Assembly: GCA_046563655.1 (NCBI GenBank)
Contig: CM102284.1
Location: 5,022,001 to 5,086,000 of the forward strand
Direction of reading: 5' to 3'
DNA: 64,000 bases
Source: Yuukianura sp. NJ FZ-2021
Taxonomy: Eukaryota
A program made the position numbers and the translations under genes. Below, piece by piece: positions 1 through 13,748 of this stretch (its first letter is position 1; every line of letters begins with the position of its first letter). The notes below the pieces were generated by a model. It saw only the letters and a program-made list of their open reading frames with translations. It did not search any database and was not told where the DNA came from.

Positions 1-3000
1 CTCCTCTAGTTCTAAGAATTAACTTAAAAAGTTGATTTTTAACAAAAATTTTGCTGACAAAGGTTGCTGCTCATCACTAATTTTATTCCTGTGCAAATCT
101 GCATCTTGATTTATGTTTGATCTGGGCATGTCATTTTCAATGTCACTCAAAACTGCAAGTGAAAAGTGCAACTTAGAATTTTAGAAGTGAAAATAGATCA
201 TAGCGTCAGCACGAGCGATTCCTCTTCTCAATTCAAAAAATTCAAAACAAGGTCAAGTCAGAAACACTAAAAAGCTTAGCTCAAATAAATTGCAAAAATT
301 GCTAAAGAAGGAAGTTTGCATTAGGCTTACTAGTAGATTTGTTGAATCGAATTAGTCACGTCCAAACAGAAAAAGAATTTGCAGATTCTATCAAATTAAG
401 GTGAGTTCTAACTGTATAAAAATTGACTGTTGTGTCATAGGATGCCACTTGACATTGACACTTCAAAGGTGTAGGTCATGAGAAATCATACGCAGATAAA
501 CACAGGCATTAGCATGTGGGAAACTGAATTTTTTTTAATCAGGTCACCTTTCTCTCTGCCTGTGATGACACATAAGTACTGAAAATGAGCAGCACAGAGT
601 GATATTGATATTATGTTTGGACTTTCGACTTGACTTTTACTTAAGGTTGTAAACTTTTAGGACAATTAATCAGTGATAGCTTGATTAGTTTAAGTTTAAG
701 TAGAACCTAATCATTCTTCTAGTCGACATAAGTGGGTAACCTTCAAACTAGTTCCTAAAAAAACTAAAACTAAAAAAGAACTTAATCTTTCCCCCTTTGA
801 CATCACAGATTTTACTCTTGGAAACTCTGACATTGACAGATGCTAGTTCTGGATGACACACTAAGCATATCCGTGTCTTGACACTTTCTGGAAGATCCAA
901 CCAACTTCGATTCGATTTATGACTTGACTAGTAATTGCTCGTGTTCAGGGCTAGGTTTAACATTAGGCTCAAACCACTTAAATTTAGGCTAGGTTAGGGC
1001 ATTGCAGCTTCGTTTTCATTTCCAGACATCCAGTTTCACCTGAATTTTGATTTGATTTTGACAAATTTTGATCAAAACGAAACTGACTCAAATTCATTCA
1101 GAATTCAACATTTTACTGTAAAAGTTAAACAGCGGACCGGACTGAGGAAAGTGTAAGTAAAAGCAAAAGCAAAGGTGAAAGTAGGAAAAATTCAAAAGTT
1201 TAGTTAAAAATTGTTCATTCCAACAAATTCGCAGCATGATTCTATGTGTTTTGGTCCATAAGTCTAGTTTGATCCATGTATTTTTTGAAGTTGATCTGAA
1301 GACACGGTGTCCATGAAGCTGTTTTTCAGAACTCCTAGGTGGAACATCACCTGAAGAATAATTAATTGAAAGTTAAGTCTTGGTATTAAATTACATAACT
1401 TCCCTCGAGGGGACAGACATCAAGAGAAGCTCCAGCATGAAGATCAAGTTTTAATTCTTATAAGAGAACAACCCACTTCTGGATAAATTGAATCTTCCAA
1501 CATAAGCAAAAGGGAATTTTTGTTTTCTATTATTCTGATTCGTCTGTTGTCTGTCTTTTAGTACAAGGTTTTCCATTTCTCCTTGTGCAAACTGCGAACC
1601 ATCAACTGCAACAACAGAATTTCCAGCAATTATTTAAATAATACGTTCCAGTTCTCCTGTTTCCAAGAATTATTTATTAAGTTGATCTGGGTGCTATGCA
1701 TTGAGCTGCAAAGTGGCAGCCATGTTCGTTTTTCAGGGGGACGACTGCTAGGTAGTCGATAAACCAAAAAGCTTCAAGGGATTTGTGTGTCTGACAGAGA
1801 TTGGCCAAGGGGTGGTTACCGTACAGGCCCAGTATGACCAAAAAGGGACGGTCTTTGGGGGGTCACTTTTGCCAATTTCGCTAAATTTGAAATTTGCAAA
1901 TAAGCGCCAACTTAACACTTTTTGCAATTTTACCGTCACCCGTCCACAAGTGACGCTCATGGCATACCTCCTCAACCAACTTTTTAGTAGATTTATAAGA
2001 TAATCCCCCAAGATCCCGGATCTTGATAAAGAAGCGTCTAAATTTTCATAGCGAATGTCTAGCTATTAATTTCCAGTTTTGTAAAGTGATAAAAGTACCT
2101 CAAACTAAGTTGCTAGCCAAAAAAAAGCAATTGTCAATTGACAGTTGTAGCATGCTGTTAAATAGCATTATTAGACGCATTGACGTAATTTGTGAACTGA
2201 AGGTGGCTGGGAAACTACAGCAGGAAAAAGTTAAGTTTATAGCATGATTTTCTACTGAAATGATTCACAATCTGGCAAATTTGACAAACTGCAAAAAAGC
2301 AAATTAGAAGCGTGTGAATTAATCAACACCTTGGTCTTAATTGCTTGTAGTTGGGGTTGGGCATGGAAAACTGCGGGTTTCCGAGTACGTTATACTACGT
2401 CAATGGAAACTGAAGTTGTTGGTGTTGGTATTTCCCAAACTGCATTTGACTTGTCAATGACAAGTTGTCATCTCGTGATCAATAGAATAGTAAAAGAGCA
2501 CCAAGAAATTGGACTTGTTCTGGACAAAACATTGTTTTTTGTTAGATTTAATGTAAAACTGATCATAACAAATGTGGATTTTGGGTGGAGGAAAGTGGAT
2601 AACCCTGACACCAAAAACTACCCATCCATTGTCTGACAGATCAAAAAAAGAAGATCTTAGGCAGCATCCAGGCATAAGACAAAAAAAAAACTTCAACTTA
2701 ATCTTCATCCCTCTTGTATGCTGGACCAACTGGTTTGAAGGTAGTAAAAATCTGCATAGTAAACACACCCTCACACGCATCATCCAGTTGATCTATAACT
2801 TACGGAGCAGTCTGGAAGGATCCCTCTTGGATATACACTTGTTTCAAGTTTTAGTTGGAGAAAGTTAACTTTCACCAAAGATTAATCCAACCATTAGTGT
2901 AGCTTTAACTCAGAAGTTAGGATTTTGATTTTTGTGGTTGATTTTAGACTTTTCAAAGACGTTAGTCGTTACTCTCTTAAACTTCCAAAGTTGTTTCATA

Positions 3001-3844
3001 AAAAGACTAACATAATTTCTCAAATTCAACTTTCCTGTGATCTATTTTTGGAAATGATGCATTGATTTTTTTTTGTAACTAGTAATTTGTAATCTAATTG
3101 CATCTTTGGTTCTGTCTGAGATTCTGAAATTTAATTGAAACCACTTGTAATTGCTCAGGTGTTGGCTCAATTTTAGCTTTTGGTTTAAATCATCTAGGTG
3201 TGTCCATTTTTTTTTCGTATTTTCAATCATGAGAACTTTGTCTAAAAATTGCTTGACTGTTAATTTGAAACAACTGAACCAACTTTATACATAGAGATGA
3301 AATCAGAATTTATTACAGACTTGCTCCACAAAAGTTATAGTTTTTACATCTTCATAATTTCAAGCGTGGTTACTTTGTTCGCCTACACTATTTAATTAGA
3401 ATACGTGTTGGGGTTTATTAAATTGCATATTTAGTACTCAAAGGTTATCGGGTGGTTACAGCTGCTAGACAATTTTTGAATTTCATAATTTCAACATAAT
3501 TTTGAAATCCAAAAGCCCTGAGATTAGGCCAAATGCAAATCTAAACGAAAATAGGTCTTGCAAGACGTAAATTTTCAAATTTTTGAAAGATGACTCTGCG
3601 CTATGCACAAAACTTTAAACTTTTAGACTGAGAATTTTGTATTTGCAATTTGGGAATTATTTCGTCCGGTGTCAAATTATAACAAAATTGAAAAGTTGGA
3701 GTTTGAATTTCGAAACATGAAAGATTTTGAAAGAAGTAGCGTTGGTTTGGCGGAAGGGATTCCATATTTTTTGTTGTTCGTATTAAATAACGCTAACGTT
3801 CAATTTGTCCTTGTAATTCAAGGCTGGAAGGATCTAAAAAGAAG

Positions 3845-4255
3845 GAGAGGACTTGGAAGGGCCCTGCAAACAACAAAGCAAAGGCTGCGCCAAGGCTACC
3901 TGGCCCTGGCCAAACAATACAACGGAGACTTGGAGGGATATATTTTTTGTGAAAACAAAGGGACCCCAGGACGGGTTCAATAGTCAATCTTCTTGGTCGA
4001 GACAGGCTGAGCCCTTGGAACAAACAGCCCCTACGACCACGGTCGGATCCTTCCTGAATTGTGTCAGGTCCAAGGGAAAGGGAGGAGCCCTTAGGAAGGC
4101 CTTAATTCCCGAGAACTGGGCCCTTTCCAACTGCTCTTGCCCAACAAAGGGCCTTCATCATCCCAGGCCCAAGAGAGATCCCAGAAGGCCTTGTCAAGGG
4201 CTAAAAATAGAAAGCGTTCTATGGCAAAAATGGAGCCCTTGACTTGGCCCTGAAA
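3845..4255. repeat. GC-rich degenerate repeat patch
   Basis: Recurring motifs acttgga(a)ggg, aacaaaggg, gagccctt and ggccct in otherwise AT-rich DNA; overlapping ORFs are not protein-like. Confidence 0.35.
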
Positions 4256-4298
4256 GGAAAGCGTCGTCCCTTAAACATTGGGTCACTTCGGGTTCCCG

Positions 4299-4757
4299 GA
4301 GTTTTCTGAACGGTGACTCACGGACGACTCCGGACATTGTCATCACGATTCCATTTCCAGGAGGTGACAAGGTTGCTCAAATCCAAATGTTGATTTTGTT
4401 CTTAACAGGTTATACCATAACTTCATTTTTTCTAATTTTCAAATTTTCGAAACGCACATCTGATGCGGCTCTGCTGTGTTAGCAATGCGAACTCAAAAAA
4501 CTATGGCTCAGCAACATTAAAATTTAAAAAGTTCAAAAGATTATTGCGAAAATCAAGAAAATTGGTACAAAATTGCTACTACAAAAGTTATTTTTTCGTG
4601 TTTTTGAAAAAAATGGGGGTTAGGGCATAACCTGTCAGGGCATTTGTGTAAATGGGCGCTACAGAAACCTTGAGGAGGTCACGTCACGTACCAGCTCGGA
4701 CCGTCCAGAAATGTCAGTCGTTAGCGATTCGTCCTTGAGTGACCATCCAGAAAAGTC
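4299..4757. repeat. Imperfect inverted repeat (32-nt arms) upstream of PAIP1
   Basis: Reverse complement of 4299-4330 (gagtcgtccgtgagtcaccgttcagaaaactc) matches 4726-4757 (gattcgtccttgagtgaccatccagaaaagtc) at 26/32 positions. Confidence 0.55.
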
Positions 4758-6875
4758 GTTCGAAGTGCATTGGTTCTCGAGTGAGCGTCCGGAAGTGTCC
4801 GGTTACCAAGGGATTAAGTCCCTCTCCCCCCAGCATACCCTGCCCCCCGCCCCCATTCGTTTTCTATTGTTCTCCTTTTCCCGGGCTCTTTTGGCAGAGA
4901 GATGCTGAAGATGAAGGGAGCAGAGGGGGATGTTTTCGGTGAAAAGAGGACCGTTAGGCTTCCTTTGGCTTGAAGGATCTCGGGAGACAGATGCGGAATC
5001 AAATGCCTCCCTCCCTTCCTTCCCCAAAAACGCTTCCCTTCTCTCCCTTGTTCAAACGCTTTCAGTTTCTAAAAATGTTCGTTTGGAATGCTTCACAAGT
5101 TGAACAAAAAAGCCCTCCCTGCTGCTTCCTAGTCCTAATCACTTTCAGTTCTCCCTTTCGCTTTCACTGCGAAACAAAGTTGGAAGCTTTTGCGGGATCT
5201 CGGTGGTAGCGTCACTTCTTTCCCTCCCTTGTGCCAGGGAAGGTTTCAGTTCAATTTGGAATTGACACTAGACTGGGTCGGTTATTCTTTAAGTTGGCTC
5301 TTGTTTTTGCAAATTTTTGTACTCTTTGTCCTATTTTGGTTTAAAGTTGACTAAAACTGAGGTTATGATTTCCAGAAAGTTTGTTAAAAGAATTAATCTT
5401 TGTAGGATTGTGTTTCTGGATTTTTGAAATTTAGAAAAGTGGTTTGGGGAATTGAACGCTGAGAAGCATCGGAGGGGGAAGAAGAAATCGATCACAAAGA
5501 ATCCGGGATTCGAATTTGACGAGAAATAGCCCAGACAGAATCGCTATTTTATCTGTGTGCTTTAGATTGTTTTTGAAAGCGTCTAGCACCAGATGAAATC
5601 AGTGCTTCAAGTCTTTGGGCAAACCAGCAACCTAAAAACTAAATGTTCACAATTAATCTAAAAATGACTGTTTTAGAATTCCTAAGTGTCTGTCTATGAA
5701 AGCGTCGATGTAGAAAGCGTGTTACATTTAGATAAAGATACATTTAGATTTCGTACACTTCCAACGTTGACATATATTTTCAATGTATTTTTATAAGTTT
5801 CATTCTAAATTCCATTTGTAATAGTTCTAGGTTGAGAATTTTGTAGGTTAGACTCGAGATTCTGTTTAGCTTCGTTTAGTTTGACATCAAATAAAACCTA
5901 ATTTTAGTAACAAAAATTGTTGCTAATAATAAATTGTTTATTTTTGAGCCTTTGTTCGGGATTAAGAATTTTAACGGAACTTTGCGTCAAGGTGTTTGGT
6001 GGAGGGTGAAATTTTGAAAGGAAAGTTGGCGACCTAACGGTCAATATTTTTTTTTAGATTTTTTGAACAAAGGAATTGGGTATGGTACGATACTCGGTTG
6101 TTTGCTGATGCTGGCGTTGGTTGAGGGATGAAATTTTAAGGGCAGGAGCCCTTCAATCCCCTTATGAAATGCGTTGCATGGCGTTTTTTCATTTTTGTTG
6201 TTTCATCCCCCTACCCTCTGCATCTGCAATTTGTTTTGTAAAGAAAGAAAGCGAAGGGGGATGATTTTCTTGAAAAAGTGAACTGCAGTACACTCTGCTG
6301 GCCAAAGTACAAAACCACTGTGATGTTTTGTGCCAATTGCAAAAAAAATTACAGGTTCAATTGCTTCTTTTGCAAATTTCGTCTCCTCTCATTTCAATTT
6401 ACAAATTGCATTCATATTCACATGGAGTAAATACATTCACATTCATCGTTCAAAGTTCATCATCTCACACTTACTAATATTTCATTCAGAGAATTTGGTA
6501 AGTTTTTTGGCAATTTTTTGTAGACTAAAACATGTTGTGTGTGTTTTTTCTTTCTAACATTAAAGGCGTCACTTACAGGTTAACGGTATACGGTACGTCG
6601 TAGGAGGACGGATCAGCTGATTGATAACTCAAATATTTCTATTGGATTCTGGAAAACTACAGTTGGACGTTTGGTTTGTCATAATCAACTGGAACTGGAG
6701 TATTACTGGACAAAGTGAGAAGTGACCGATCAAGGTGTTAATTTAGGTAAAAGGTAAAGGTTCATTACAAACGAAGTATAAAATCCTCGCTTCGCTTCTA
6801 TTTGCTTTGGTATGTGCATTGGTTTTGTTTTGTTTTTCAATAGGAAAGTTACAACCACGAGAAACACCACGGGTC

Positions 6876-8998
6876 ATGTCGAATTTTTCGAACATGGAAA
6901 ACAATCATCAGCATGATCTTGACCACGACGCAATGTATACTTCTTCTGAGCAGTTACTTGCTAGCCTAGGTGAAACAACTCTGGGTGCTCCGTGTTTCCC
7001 AAATCCGGTAGACAATTTTGCAACGTCGTCCTTTCACAATGCTGGAAATGGACCAGGCATGCTCGACTGGAACTATGGAACTGAAGGCTTACTAGAACCA
7101 CTACGACGACCAGAACCAGGTCAAATGCCACCTGAAGTGTTGGCATCCCTGTTCAAGACTGGAAGATTTTCGGAAATTCTGAACGTCAACAATCCTGGTG
7201 GACAGTATGAAAATAATATATCACAACCTGGAATTGGACACGGGCAAAGTCAACCGCAGAGCAATTTTTCTCCGCATGGTTCTGACTGGGCATCTTCACA
7301 GAATTCCAATCAATCACCTAATTACTCACCACAAGCGATGTCATCAGGCGGTACGCCAAGTCCTCAGATTGGTCTTAATCATTTCTCATCTCCTAACACT
7401 GTCAGGACAATACTTCAACCTCAGCAAGAAAATCCCTTCGTCCACTCGAACCTGTCTCCACTGGCTCGTGAGTTTGTACCAAGACAATATCCAACTCAAC
7501 ATCAGCTACAACAGGCTGCAGGTCCGACGGAACATGACATGACCATGCTAACTATGGCAATTGCCGAATTAAACCAAACTTCAAACTATCAACCACGAAG
7601 CCCGGCCGGAATTCCTCTACAATTTAGTCCGCAACAACAGCAACAATATCACCGGTTTCAACAACCTGCTGGTCAACCTTTTACACCGCGCGGACCAGCA
7701 ATGCGTCAGCAACGTCATGTTTCACCGAGAAGCCATACTCCTCCAACGCGCCATCATCACCGTCAACAATTTAGGCCTCAGCAGCAACCTTTACAAGACT
7801 TTTCCGCAAACGACTTCGACTCAAACGCTGATCGTGTTCTGACGTTTGTCGTCGACACAATTACGTATTTGACGCATGACCCAGCCAACTTCAATTCCTC
7901 AATGAAAAAAATTCTCAGAGTACTCAACGAGTCATTGACAGATTCTGACACTTTGGAGATTACGGTTACTCTTATAGTTGAACAGGTGAGTATTTTCAAA
8001 TGCAGCAGCATCAGCAGTTATGCGTGAAAATGTAATTTTATATTTCAGAGTGTTACCAACAAGAACTTCTTCTCAACTGGAGCCAGAATGTGTCAGTTTT
8101 TGGTTGAAAACAAAATCAAAGCCGGTCAGCTATCTGCTCAGAATTGCATTGTGAAACAGTAAGTTTTACGAGAAATTTTTAATTTATCGTTGAATTGCAT
8201 TGTAGAATACTTAAGAAAAACTTGGAATTTAACATTCTGTTTTTTATGTCAGGGTACACGAAGTTTTTACCAGTGCCATACAGAAGATGCCGGCCAACTC
8301 CGACGCCCTCAGGGAACGACACATTGGAACACTGATGTTCTTAAGCGAGTTATTTGTTCGCTACAAAACCGACGGGAAGTTACTGTTTGTTTTCGGAGTA
8401 GCAGTGGCCGAAATGATTCCGAAGTTCCTTGAATGTGGGCCCACGGAAACTCCGAAACACGAACACGTTAGAGTCGTTTTGAACGTTTTGAAGGTGCGTT
8501 TTGTTAAAATTTTTCAAAATATTGCCAGTTTTTTAATTTTGTCTATCCTTCGTAGTTGGCCGGTTGGGAACTGGATCAGCATGCTCATCCCCAAGTCAAG
8601 GAATTTGTGGAAAAGATGTACAATGGTCTGTCAGAACTGTTAGATAAACCGGATTTGCCAGCCAACACGAAAGCTTTAGTCGAGAAAATCTTCGAACTGA
8701 GGAAAATCAATTGGGGTAGAGTGGATCCAGAACCCACAGCGACTCCACCTCCGTCAACTGACGAAGCCAAGTCTGAAAGTCCGCCGTCTTCTTCCTTCGT
8801 TTATGGTGGAAAAGAACATGAGGCTGTTTATGAAGCACCTTCAACGTAAGTTCTTTGATAAAGTTACTCATCATTTTTAAATGTGTAACTGTTTGGTTTC
8901 GTTATTTCAGTGACGAGGAAGAAGAAGAAGTCTATTTGGACGAGGAAGCTGAAAAGTGTTTTGAGCAATTCCTAAGCGAAACCCAATCTCAAGGTTGA
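6876..8998 (+). CDS. PAIP1: Polyadenylate-binding protein-interacting protein 1 (PAM2 + MIF4G + acidic tail); exons 6876-7985, 8049-8158, 8253-8493, 8556-8845, 8911-8998
   Basis: PAM2 motif SNLSPLAREFVP (7446-7481); MIF4G signatures NFFSTGARMCQFL, LMFLSELF, LKLAGWELD; acidic C-terminus DEEEEEVYLDEEAEKCFEQF. All introns are GT-AG and keep frame. Confidence 0.88.
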
Positions 8999-9631
8999 CG
9001 AATCATGAACTCGAGGTTGAAAGTTTTTCCATCTTAGGAAAAGACAAAATAACGTTAGTACTTCTTTCTTTACTAACGCTAAATCGTGGTAGTCGTTTAA
9101 CAGAAATAGCACACAAGTTTTTTAACTTTAAAATATTGCACGTAAAACTCCCTCTTATGATTTTAACCAACGCAAAAATGAAGGTTTTCCGTAAGTTTTG
9201 GTTATCAGATGAATCATGTCAAAAAAACATAATCTCGCAATATAATTTTTTATATTAATAATTGTGACATCATCGTACGAATTTGAATTTTCTCTAGAAA
9301 TTCAAAAATTGCATGCTTTGCTTGGTTAGTTTAAAACTTTAATAAGAGTAATAAGAATGTAACTAACTTTTAATTTATTGTAATAATTACATAAATTTTG
9401 CACTTTGTGTGTTTCCCCTTTTAGAAAGAGAACAAGTTTCATTTCTATTTTAAATACTTAGTAAATGGGCTAATTAAAACAAGTTTATTTGGGTTATAAT
9501 AAAAATATACCGGTAAAAATTGAACTGTACACAATGTTATTGTAAAAGGGAGGTTAGAATTAACCAAGTAGCCAAAAATTAGCCATGACCTTTGACCTGA
9601 ATTAGCAGAATCATCGACCTAGCAACCTTAG

Positions 9632-11410
9632 ATGCTGGACGCTTTGAATTCATGGTAAATTGTTTATGACGCGGAGTATATTCAAGGTCAACGGATTGGA
9701 TTATTGTTGAAGATATACTCAGACTTTTTTAATACTAATTAGAAATACCGATTAATCTAACTTAATTGATTGCTATAATTGTAGCATCATTCCGATAACA
9801 TTGAACGAAGTTATGAAGAAAAAGACCAAAGAATGGATCCTGACTGACACCGATTCCTCCTGTAGCCTCAGTTCCGAAAGTGAAGATGGAAAACGCAAGA
9901 AATCACGACTGCGCCGTCGTCGTCGCCGGAGCAAGCTGAAGAGAACCAAGTTTTTTCAGAGTAATTTTGAAGAAGACCGTTACGACACTGAATCATTTGA
10001 CGACGAAGTACCACTGAAGCCACCGCACTTCAAGACAGTTCCAGGATTCTACTCCAGGAAGCTTGGACCAATGGACATCTCATTGCCGGATTGTTTTGAA
10101 GCGGAAGACATTAAATCTCAAAGACGGGCAGAACTGGAATTCGAGTACGCGCGAATTGGCGAGGGAGGTGAAAGTCGAACTCCATTTGAAGACAGTTTCT
10201 TCTTCGACAACTTTCTCAACGACTTTCTCGGTGGACCTATCAAGAAATATAAGCCAATTAGATCTTCACGGTAAACATGAAAACGTTAATCTACATGCAA
10301 GCATTTGGTAACGTGATACTTTGTGTTTATTTTAGGGACAAAGTTGAACTGGAGCCACTGAGCACCGATGCATTCCCACCACTGAAGCCCTACAAGCCAA
10401 TTCTCACTGAAATTGAATGTCCTAATGGCAAAATCATCAATGTCCAGCGTGTGTATGGTTATCGCGAAATCATGGAGAAGCGGGCCCGCGTCCAGCATTT
10501 TAAATGGATAGAAGCCGAGAGAAAGTTCTTTGCCAAACTAAATCGTGCTCGGAGTATCGGAAAGCCTAGAATGGTGAAATTGCAGCAAAAGCAAAAGCGT
10601 CGACGCTTTCCAGCATCCGGACCAAAAATTAAGGAACCTCAAGCCAAAACCAATGCAAGTTGTCAGTGCATTGCAAAGGACTCGTCGAACGCAATCAGCG
10701 ACACTGAGGCGACCACTCTGTCGGTGTCTGTCACATCGTCCGACGCAGAAGACTCTGAAAAAGACGATTGGTCTCTACCTATTCAAGATTATGCCAACTC
10801 TTACTTCAGCTTTAGCAATACCATGGGGCTCGGATTCGGTTATCCATTTCAAACTGTTCTCGTTGGCGGAGGCGACGATGATGAAACAGAAGCTAAAGAG
10901 GCTAAAGAGGACGAAGGTAAATCAACTGCAGCAAGCACTGCCAAAACCGACACAGCTAAAACCGAAGAAGCCAGCACTAAATCCAAAACCGAACCAGCCA
11001 GTAAAACGGACACAGCTAAAACCGAAGCAACCACCACTCAACCCGACACGGACAAAGATGAACCCACGGACAAAGATGAACCCGAAGAGGCTGACGCTAA
11101 GGAAGACGAAACCGAACAAGGTCCGGTTAAAGCCAAAGGTGGGGCTGCCAAAATAATTGTGGATGACGATGAAAATACTTCAGATCCTGGTGACGAAGAT
11201 GACGATGAAAAAGAGCAAGAAGAGGCAGAATATGAAGATACTAGTCATGTTTATGACATGGATGACGAGGAAATCGATGAAGAGACAATCATGGCCACCA
11301 TCAACCTTGTGCCAGAAAAAGACAATGAGTGGCTTCAGCTCTCCTCCAGCGATAGCGAAGAAGTCTTTTTCCAATTTGAAACTGTTGGAAAACGAAAAAA
11401 AGAATGGTAA
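9632..11410 (+). CDS. Uncharacterised low-complexity protein with basic N-terminal patches and acidic/Thr-Lys repeats; exons 9632-9654, 9785-10270, 10336-11410
   Basis: Two long ORFs join in frame across a GT-AG intron (cg|gtaaac...tttag|g). Contains RRRRRR, repeated KTDTAKTE and TDKDEP, and an E/D-rich C-terminus. Confidence 0.7.
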
Positions 11411-11419
11411 ACCAACAGA

Positions 11420-11612
11420 TTTTCAGTTTTTACGAAACAAATGAAAACAGTGAAACGTTTTTTGGTTTTTATGAAACAATTCGATTCCATGAAGATTTTT
11501 TCGGTTTTTATGAAACAATTCGAAATCGAATTGTTTCAGGGAATCGAAATCGATTCCATGAAACAATTTTCGGTTTTTACGAAACAAACGAAACATTTTT
11601 CGGTTTTTTTTT
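11420..11612. repeat. Degenerate minisatellite (ttt(c)ggtttttat/cgaaacaa units) with an internal palindrome
   Basis: About 5 related units; 11511-11538 reads tgaaacaattcga-aa-tcgaattgtttca, a perfect 13-bp inverted repeat. Confidence 0.8.
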
Positions 11613-11617
11613 CCAGG

Positions 11618-13748
11618 ATGAATGAAGATACGAGCTACGAAAGTCAAAACTTCGCTAGGGGCCTTAAGTGCTTCATGTGCTTCCTGTGTCTTCTAGGTCG
11701 TCTTCCATTTTTTAGACGTCAAGACAAAGCTGTCGGTCTAAGCTTGTTTTCGACTGGACGAGTCACTGGATTTCCATACCGCGTTACGTCAACTGCCGTT
11801 TGGATCGTATTTGTCATCTCGGCTCTATCCATCCTTGACCTCCTTTACAGCACGGAGGACCAAACACTTCAGTTAGTAAATCCGGAACATTTTTCGAATT
11901 CAATGTTTAAAATGCATTGCTCTTTGTACTTAGACAACTCGAATCGCTGGAAATGGAACAGAACAAAGTCATCGTCATGGGCATGTTTATAAGTTTGAGC
12001 TTCGTGGGGGTAGTGAGCATGACGTTTATACTCAGAGACAACTTCCATACTTGCCAGTATATGAACTACTTCGCAGCATCTATTACCAAAATGGAGATTT
12101 CAGCAACACGGGGATTTGGGAGAGCAATCTTCGTCGACATGGCTCTGACTGTTGGGTACTGCGCAGTTATGACTCTGTTTTTTTACCGTGGCGAACCGCA
12201 ACTGTTGAGGTGAGATGAGCTAACAAGATTTGTCTACAAAACCTTAACTGATGTTGCGCTTTTATTTGTTTTAACAGAGGGTCACAAGCATTCCTGGCGA
12301 TGCTTGTCTTCAGACCGTTCAAATACCGAATTCGGAAGTTTGCCGGAGAGCGTATGTTTTTCTTCGAAGTATTTGGACTTGTTCTTCATTTGTTTTGCTA
12401 CGTTTCTTTTCGTCTGCTCTTCACGCATATGCATCTACTGGGTACTAAAAACTAGAAAAGCTACAAGATTTTTCGAAATTTCAGATTGCTCAATGCTTTA
12501 CTTACGATTTTCGTGTTTAGCGTCATAATTGCTTTGCTTTTGTCATTCTAGCTGTCGTCATTGGAAATCTTGCGAAAAATTGGAACTTCCGGTTTGGACT
12601 TTGCTTTGCTCAATGTAAAGACTATCAAAATTTGAATTCAAGTTGAAAAGTTTTCATAAAATTGTCTTTTTTCCGTAAATTTCGTTTTGTATTTAATATT
12701 TTCCTTTTAGTTGGGACGCACCAAAGAGGTCATGCTTGTCGCCTGCACTCAGGTCAATCCCTCATCAAACTTTTTACACACCATCGCTTGATTAGTGGCC
12801 TGACACACTTCTATGGATCCATCTTTTCAATTCCAATTATTGTATACTATGTCCAACAGGTACGTTTTTACTAAAATGTGTCTAGAGCTATCACAGAAAG
12901 TTTAGGTTTGACCTTTGACCTTTGTAGATCGCAGTGGTCTCAACACTCCTCATCGTCTTCTTTTTTCAACTTTATGCAGTTGAAACGGCAAATGTCGTAG
13001 TCAACGTCCCCGGAACGAATTACAACGTCACAGTAATCACTTAGTGCCTTGCGTTTGTGATATTTTTAAAACGCATTTTTAAAGAGATGTTGAAACTGCG
13101 TTTTCAGCTCAATTCAAAATTTGACAACCTCTTCAGCTGTACTTTTGTACTGGGCCATTTCATTTTTGAATTTGTGTATGTGTCTGAAGTCATTTCTAGA
13201 GCTGCATCTCCAGTAAGTTTTTTCAACGAAAGTTTGGAAAAGAACTAAAATTTTAAAAATTGATTTCGTTTTTTGAATTCAAAACGTTAGGTGATGTGTG
13301 GATTTGAGTTCGTAAGAAGAAATGGACTTCTACGGTGCAGAAATACACATGAAGTTCGCTTGGTACGAACCAAGTCTTCAAAAATGTTTAAATGCTGAAC
13401 TTTAAAGTTAACATTGACTTTTTTTAGCTTATGAGTTTGCAATGGAGCATGTCTGAGAAAAACCCAGCGTTGATCAATGTCAACGACTTTTTCTACGTCA
13501 ATCGTCCAGGGATTCTAGCGGTCAGTATTTTTCTAAAAGTCAATTTGACCTGTGACCTTTTTGAGCAAAAACAGTCTAAAAGTTGTGATGAAATAACTTT
13601 TTAGAGTCTTGGATTCAGCATCGTCATTGTCTCTCTTGTGATTCAGTTGAAGCAAGTGCTTATGGCGACGTTGATATTGAAGTGCACTGAAGGGCTCAAC
13701 ATTACGAAAGATTACAAGTTCGAAACCTGTCGTCAAATCAGACTGTGA
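11618..13748 (+). CDS. Gustatory-receptor-like 7TM chemoreceptor (about 10 exons; middle exons unresolved)
   Basis: Multiple hydrophobic exons; GR-type segments LFTHHRLISGLTHFYGSIFSIPII, INVNDFFYVNRPGILA and TM7-like IVIVSLVIQL; phase-0 introns clustered at the C-terminus as in arthropod GRs. Last exon 13605-13748. Confidence 0.7.

Noticed and set aside
800-1723. Possible decayed - strand gene (ATG at 1723, MAATLQLNA*HPDQLNK*FLETGELERII*..., splice-like sites near 1394, 1351 and 1040)
   Set aside because: Several stops plus a frameshift, no recognisable family, and a stop density not clearly below chance.
11420-11612. CRISPR-like appearance of spaced repeats
   Set aside because: Eukaryotic context, degenerate units, no unique constant-length spacers and no cas genes; it is a minisatellite.
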